From the human T2T-CHM13v2.0 reference genome, Homo sapiens: a stretch of 64,000 bases of DNA. Where the stretch lies: assembly GCF_009914755.1 (NCBI RefSeq), contig NC_060927.1. One strand, written 5' to 3'. A program made the translations under genes and the position numbers. The notes under the pieces are model-generated. The model did no database searches. It saw nothing but the letters and a program-made list of their open reading frames with translations, and had not been told where the DNA came from. This document shows positions 57,940-64,000 of this stretch, one piece after another (position 1 is the stretch's first letter; each line of letters begins with the position of its first letter).

Positions 57940-58470
57940 GAAACAGCTTTCCTGTTGCTTGCCTGATATTTGAAGAAAACAATAGCATGGAAGATAAAGG
58001 CCAGTTATACAAACAGAAAAAAAAAGAAAGAACAAGCAGGCAAGCAAGCAAACAAACAAAAGCAACAACAAAACCCAACCAAACAAGCAAAATACAAGAA
58101 GAAAGAGATAACTTGAGGAACAGAGAAAACAAGAAATTTGAAGCAAAAATTACAGAAATCATTGAGGGGATAACATTTCAATTAATCAAAGAGAAGAGGC
58201 TAATTCAAATGTGAAAATTAATAGAATTAAGGAAAAGAAATTTGAAGAACATAACTGCTAGATGACAGTGATAGGTAAAACAGCAGTGCTAAAAGATGTA
58301 GTTCATAATTCCATTAGCTCTCAGACTGCACTAGACATCCAAAAAGAAAATATAGAGATAGGAAAAGAGAAAGAGAATATTTTCAGTCCAAATGGTCTAC
58401 CATGGATGGAGTAGAATAAATAAAATTTTAGTGACCCTGAGCACATCATTATGAAATTTAAAAAATATAT
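57940..58470 (+). mobile_element. Probable ancient L1M 5'/ORF1 fragment with A-rich low-complexity tract
   Basis: A-rich sense sequence ending ...ctgagcacatcattatgaaattt, resembling the ORF1 'RHIIxK' region. Confidence 0.4.
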
Positions 58471-58660
58471 ACAACATCTTTATTGAGATAAAATTAACAT
58501 GCCATACAATTCACCCATTTAATTGTTTTTAGTATATTTACAGACCTAGCCAATCACCCTACAATCAATTTTAGAACGTTCTATCACCTTAAAAGGAAGC
58601 CTCATAACCATAACAGTTACTCTCTGCTTTACCCAATTCCACAGCCCTAAGCATGCACTA

Positions 58661-58927
58661 TTCTTCCTTTCTTCTTTCTTTCCTTCCTTCTTTCTTTCTT
58701 TTTCTTTCTTTCCTTCTTTCTTTCTTTTTTCTTTCTTTCTATCTTTCCTTCCTTTTCTTTTCCATCCTTCCTTCTTTTCTTTTCTTTCCTTTCTTTCTTT
58801 CCTTCTTTCTTTCTTTTTCCTTTCTTTCTTCCCTTGCTCCCTCCATCCCCTCCCCTGCCCTTCCCTCCCCTGCCCTCCCCACTCACTCCCTTCCTTCCTT
58901 CCTTCTTTCCTTCTCTTTCTTTTCTTT

Positions 58928-58983
<56 letters not shown>

Positions 58984-59005
58984 TTTCTTTCTTTCTTTTC
59001 TTCTC
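58661..59005. repeat. 345-bp polypyrimidine complex repeat (TTTC/TTCC/CCCT) including perfect (TTTC)14 at 58926-58981
   Basis: Read directly; explains the Lys/Glu/Arg-rich and Phe/Leu/Ser-rich spurious ORFs at 58546-59085. Confidence 0.97.
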
Positions 59006-59360
59006 ACACCACATTTCTGTATACTCTCCTATTGTCTCTATATATTCCAAATAAAGGAAGTCATACACTGTGTGGTCTTTTGTGACTGGCTTTCTCCAGT
59101 TAACATATTTTTAAAGTTTATTCATGCGATTACATGTCGATACATGTTACTTCATTCCTTTTCTGTCTAATTAATATTACATGTATGTTTACACCACATT
59201 TTATTTATTGATTTGTCAGCTTGATGAATGTTTGTGTGATTTCCACTTTCCAACTACTATGCGTTACACAGCTATAAAGATTAATGTATAAGAGTTTGTG
59301 TGTGTGTGTGTGTTTTTGTGTGTGGCTGTGTGTTTTCATTTTTCTTGAATGTGTCCATGG

Positions 59361-60084
59361 TGTAATCGCCCAAAGGTTTCACCTTGCCAGCTTCATAGAC
59401 AGAGCCGATTTATCAGGACAGGGGAATTGTAGTAGATAAAGAGTTTAAATTCACACAGAGCTAACTGTACAGGAAACTGGAGTTTTATTATTACTCAAAT
59501 CAGTCTCCCAAAGAATTTGGGGACTGGAGTTTTTAAAGATAATTTGGTGGGTAGGGGGCCAGTGAACTGGGAATTTTGATTGGTCAGGTTGGAGATGAAT
59601 TATAGGGAGTTGAAGCTGTCCTCTTGTCCTGAGTCAGTTCCTGGGTGCAGGCCACAAGACCACATGAGCCAGTTTATAGATCGGGGTGGTACCAGCTTAT
59701 CCACTGAGAGCATGGTCTATAAAATATGTCACACAGTGATCGTAGGTTTTATAGTAGTGATATTATCCCTGGGAGCAATCTGGAGAGGTTTAGAATCTTG
59801 TAGCCTCCAGCTGCATGATTCCTCAACCATAATTTCTCACTCTGTGACTAATTTGTTAGTCTTGGAAAGGCAGTCTAGTCCCCGGCAAGAAGGGGGTTTG
59901 TTTTGGGAAAGGACTGTTAAGTCTTTGCGTCAAACTATAGACTATAAACTAAGTCCCTCCTAAAGCCACTTTGGCCTGTGCACAGGAATGAACAATGACA
60001 GCTTGGAAGTTAGAAGCAACATGGAATTGGTTAGTTCAGATCTTTTTTACTGTCTCAATTAAAATTTGTACAATGATGGTTTCA
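59361..60084 (-). mobile_element. LTR8/LTR8A solo LTR (ERV1)
   Basis: tgtaatcgcccaa...cagagccgatttatca...ttttattattactcaaatcagtctccc...ggtttca. Confidence 0.87.
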
Positions 60085-60241
60085 ATACCAATACAATTTC
60101 TGTCACTTAGTTCCTCTATGTGTACCATTTTGAGAAGCTGCTAGACTATTTTCCAAGGTGATTGCATAATGCTACATTTTGATCAAAAATGGTTCCCATT
60201 TCTCCACATCCTTATCAACATTTGATACTCAGTTTCTTTTT

Positions 60242-61418
60242 TTTTGCTGTAGTTGTTATACTTTAAATTCTGTGATACATGTGCAGAACGTGCAGGTTTG
60301 TTGACATAAGTATACCCATGCCATGGTGGTTTGCTGCACCTATGAACCCATAATCTACATTAGGTATTTATCCTAATGCTATCCCCCTCCATATCCCCAC
60401 CCCCTGACAGGCCCCAGTGTGTGATGTTCCCCTCCCTGTGTCCGTGTGTTCTCACTGTTCACCTCCCACTTATGAGTGAGAACATCTGGTGTTTGGTTTT
60501 CTGTTCCTGTGTTAGTTTGCTGAGAATGATAGTTTCCAGATTCATGCATGTCCCTGCAAAGGACATGAACTCAGCCTTTTTTATGGCTGCATAGTATTCC
60601 ATGGTGTGTATGTGCCACATTTTCGTTTTCCAGTCTATCATTGATGGGCAAGTGGGTTAGTTCCAAGTCTTTGCTATTGTGAACTGTGCTGCAATAAACA
60701 TACATGTGCATCTGTCTTTATATTAGAATGATTTATAATCATTTGAGTATATACTCAGTAATGGAATTGCTGGGTCAAATGGTATTTCTGTTTCTAGATT
60801 ATTGAGGAATCACCACACTGTCTTCCACAATGGTTGAACTAGTTTACACTCCCACCAACAGTGTAAAAGTGTTCATATTTCTCCACATCCTCTCCAGCAT
60901 CTGTTGTTTCGTGGCTTTTTAGTGGTCTCCATTCTAACTGGTGTGAGATGGTATCCCATCATGTTTTTGATTTGCATTTCTCTAACGACAGTGAGGATGA
61001 GCTTTTTTTCATATGTTTCTTGGCCTCATAAATGTCTTCTTTTGAGAAGTGACTGTTTATATCTTTCACCCACTTTTTGATGTGGTTGTTTGTTTGTTTG
61101 TTTTCTTGGAAATTTGTTTAAGTTCTTTGTAGATTCTGGATATTAGCCCTTTGTAAGATGGATAGATTGCAAAAATTTTCTTCCATTCTGTAGGTTGCCT
61201 GTTCACTCCGATGATAATTCTTTTGCTGTGCAGAAGCTTTTTAGTTTAATTAGATCCCATTTATCAGGTTTAGCTTTTGTTGCCATTGCTTTTGGTGTTT
61301 TAGTCATGAAGTCTTTGCCCATGCCTATGCCCTGAATTATATTGCCTAGGTTTTCTTCTAGGGTTTTTATGGTTTTAGGTCTTAGTTTAAGTGTTTAATC
61401 GATCTTGAGTCTATTTTT
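60242..61418 (-). mobile_element. 5'-truncated L1PA7-like LINE-1
   Basis: Antisense 3'UTR/ORF2 end (ORF 60459-60641 [19 protein letters not shown]); 13-bp TSD tcagtttcttttt (60229-60241 / 61419-61431). Confidence 0.92.
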
Positions 61419-61949
61419 TCAGTTTCTTTTTGATTTTAGCTATCCCAGTGGATGTGAAGCGTTATCTCATTGTGGTTCTGATTTGCTTTTGCCTGATGGC
61501 CAACAATCTTGAGAGTATTTTTTGTGTGTTTAATGGCTACTTTTATATCTTCTTTGGGAAAAACATGTCTACTCAGATGCATTGCCAATTTTTACTTTGG
61601 TTAGTTGTCGTACTATTATTGAGTTGTAATAGTTCTTACATGTTTTAGATATAAGTCCTTTATTTTATATATATGATTTGCAAGTATTTTCTTTCATTTT
61701 GGATGTTTTCTTTTTACTCTTGATGGTATTCCTTAAAACGCAAAACAAATTTTGATATCAAATTTATCTATTATTTGTTATTTGTGATTTTGTTGTGATA
61801 TATAAGAAAGCTTTGCTTAATCCAAAGTCATGAAGGTTTAATCCCTTATTTTTTACTAAAATTTGTTTATTTTTAGACTTACATTTAAGTCTATGATCTA
61901 CTTTATGGTAATTTTTGTGTATGTTGTATATAAGGAGCCCAGTTTCATT

Positions 61950-62050
61950 CAAAAACTGGCTCGTTATCAGGAGGAAAGCACTGAGCCATTCATGGGGATT
62001 CTGCTCTCATGACCCAAACACTTCCCACCACTTCCCATTACATTTGAAAT
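61950..62050 (-). mobile_element. MST (MSTA/B) LTR fragment
   Basis: agcactgagccattcatggggattctgctctcatgacccaaacacttcccacca. Confidence 0.65.
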
Positions 62051-62074
62051 GTAATCTCCGATGTTGGCAGTGGG

Positions 62075-63900
62075 AATGTAATGCGATTTTGTTTATCTGG
62101 AGAGTTCTTTATTTTTTTCTTCAGTTTTGAAAGTTAGATTTGATGGACATGAGATTATTGATTGACTTTGTTGGTTTTTTGTGTCAGCATTTTGAATATA
62201 TTATCCCACTGCATTCTGGCCTCCTTTCTTTTTCATGAGAAGTCAGCTATTAGTCTTATTGTGGTTCTCCTGTGCACAATGAGTCACTTTACTCTTATTT
62301 CTTGCAAGATTTTCTTTGTCTTTGGCATACAACAATTTTACTGTGATATTCTGAGCATTAATCTTTGAGTTTATTCTACCTTAAATTCATTGAGCTTTTT
62401 GATCATTTTTATTAATATTTCTCAGCAAACTTGGGAAATTTTCAAGCATTATTTCTTTGATTTTTTTTCTCCATGTTTCTTTCTTTCCTTTTTTTCTTGG
62501 TAATCCTTTTATATGTATGTTAAGGTATTTAATGTTACCCCCCCCATTTCTTTGAGACTCTGTGTATTTATTTCTTATTCATTTTATGCTGTTTTTTAGA
62601 TTGCATAATTTTGTTGATCCATATTCAAGTTTGCTGGTCTTTTAACTTTCTACATCAAATCTATCATTGAATTTCTCTACTATGGTTTTTCTTTCAGTCA
62701 TTATATTTTGCAACTCCAGAATCTCCATTTGGTTCCTTTTTCTAATTTCTATCATTTTATATATAGGCTTTATTTGATGAGAAATTGTCATCATACATTC
62801 CTGTATTTCTTTAAGCATGCTTTCTTTTAGTTCTTTGAACGTATTTTTACTAGCTGTATTGAAGACCTTGTGTTTTAAATTCTACATCTGGACTCTTTCA
62901 CAGGTTATTTCTCTTGTCTGCTTTTTATTGCATAGGTCAGTTATCTATTCCTTTGTATATCTTACATTTTTTTTATTGAAACTACATTTTAAATACTATA
63001 TTACAGCAATTCCTGATACCTATTGCACCAGAACTTTTTGCTGTTGTTTGCTTGTTTATTTCTTTACTGACTTAACTGAACAATTTTAGTTGTCTTTTTT
63101 TCTGAAAGTGATGCCTCAGATATTGTGTTTCAGTGAACACTGCTTCAACTATATACACAATTACCCCAGAATGACAGTGGTTTTAGCAGGGATCTATTTG
63201 TCTTTTCTGTGATTTATCTGGTTAGCTATCTGCCTTCATTGGTATCATACTCAAGAGTAAGTCTTCACCACTTCCAGCTCTTTGCTTTATTATTATTATT
63301 TTATTGACAATGCTCTGGGACATAAAATGTTCCAAATTTTACTCAATTACGTTACTCCACAATTAAATCCTGGCTCATGTTCAGAGACAGTTTTGAGGTC
63401 AATAACTGGGTTTTGTTTTGTCTATGATGTTATTTTTAGCTTTTTCCTTAGTTGTCTCTGGTAAACTAGCTGCCCTATGGCTTAGCTTATTGCTTTTATA
63501 AGGTTATCAGCCTCTTCTTGCTACCCTGTAAATCACCTTCTTTTCTAATGTACCCTTTGTCTTGACCTTTCCCATCATCTGTTCCAAATAAAGTTTCTTT
63601 AAAGAGAGTCTTAGAGTGCTCATTCTTTATGTCTGCTTCTCTACCTAGGAAAATTCCTCTGAGCCATTGCACAAAGGCTAGGAACACGGACAGTGACCTA
63701 CTTACGTTAGAGTGATACATATGCCTTATGATTATGTTGTTGGGTCAGAGTGGTAGGTATGAGTCTCCTTACCTTGCTTCTGCTGGTGTGGAAACTTTAC
63801 TTTATGAGTGAGCTGGAAAGGTGATCCAGGACACAGGACACAGTTTTTTGGCATAACACACCTTTGATAGAGCCTCAACTCTATGAGTGGAGCTAGTCGA
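62075..63900 (-). mobile_element. Ancient L1M ORF1/5' region (antisense)
   Basis: cagcattttgaatatattatcccactgcattctggcctcc...gagaagtcagct...ttgggaaattttcaagcattatttctt...caactccagaatctccatttggttc. Confidence 0.7.
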
Positions 63901-64000
63901 AAGGGAGCCCCTGACCTCTCATCCACATTTAACCACAATTTAATTTTGAATGGAAAATTATTCCATCAAGTGTATTTCTTATGAAATGCCATGGACACGA

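Larger units (their letters stand above)
58475..61945 (-). mobile_element. L1MB-like 3' end (antisense), split by a polypyrimidine tract, LTR8 and L1PA7
   Basis: ctttattgagataaaattaacatgccatacaattcaccca...gtggtcttttgtgactggctt...gttatctcattgtggttctgatttgc. Confidence 0.75.

Noticed and set aside
58546-59085. Lys/Arg/Glu-rich and Phe/Leu/Ser-rich ORFs
   Set aside because: Translation of a stop-free (TTTC/TTCC)n microsatellite.

Overview
AT-rich, repeat-dense primate (very probably human) genomic DNA, intergenic or deep intronic. I recognise no protein-coding gene, tRNA/rRNA or CRISPR array, and most of the longer ORFs in the track fall inside L1, Alu, THE1 or ERV sequence. Roughly 60% is transposon-derived. 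This includes an end-complete but internally deleted L1PA15-like element hosting a full THE1A provirus that hosts an AluSc; a MER50 provirus remnant hosting a MER4B-like LTR that hosts an LTR27; a twin-primed L1PA3; a full THE1C; several Alus, MaLR/ERV1 solo LTRs, DNA transposons (MER1B, MER44A, Tigger3b) and ancient MIR/L2/CR1/L1M relics. The structure not explained by known repeats is an inverted duplication of about 845 bp of apparently unique sequence (55757-56601 vs 57087-57929, 485-bp spacer, about 93-94% identical by hand count). Each arm keeps a strong 3' splice site, a 95-codon indel-free open frame and a downstream AATAAA, and the exon-like part is more diverged than its flanks. Subfamily names come from remembered consensus sequences and need RepeatMasker/Dfam confirmation.
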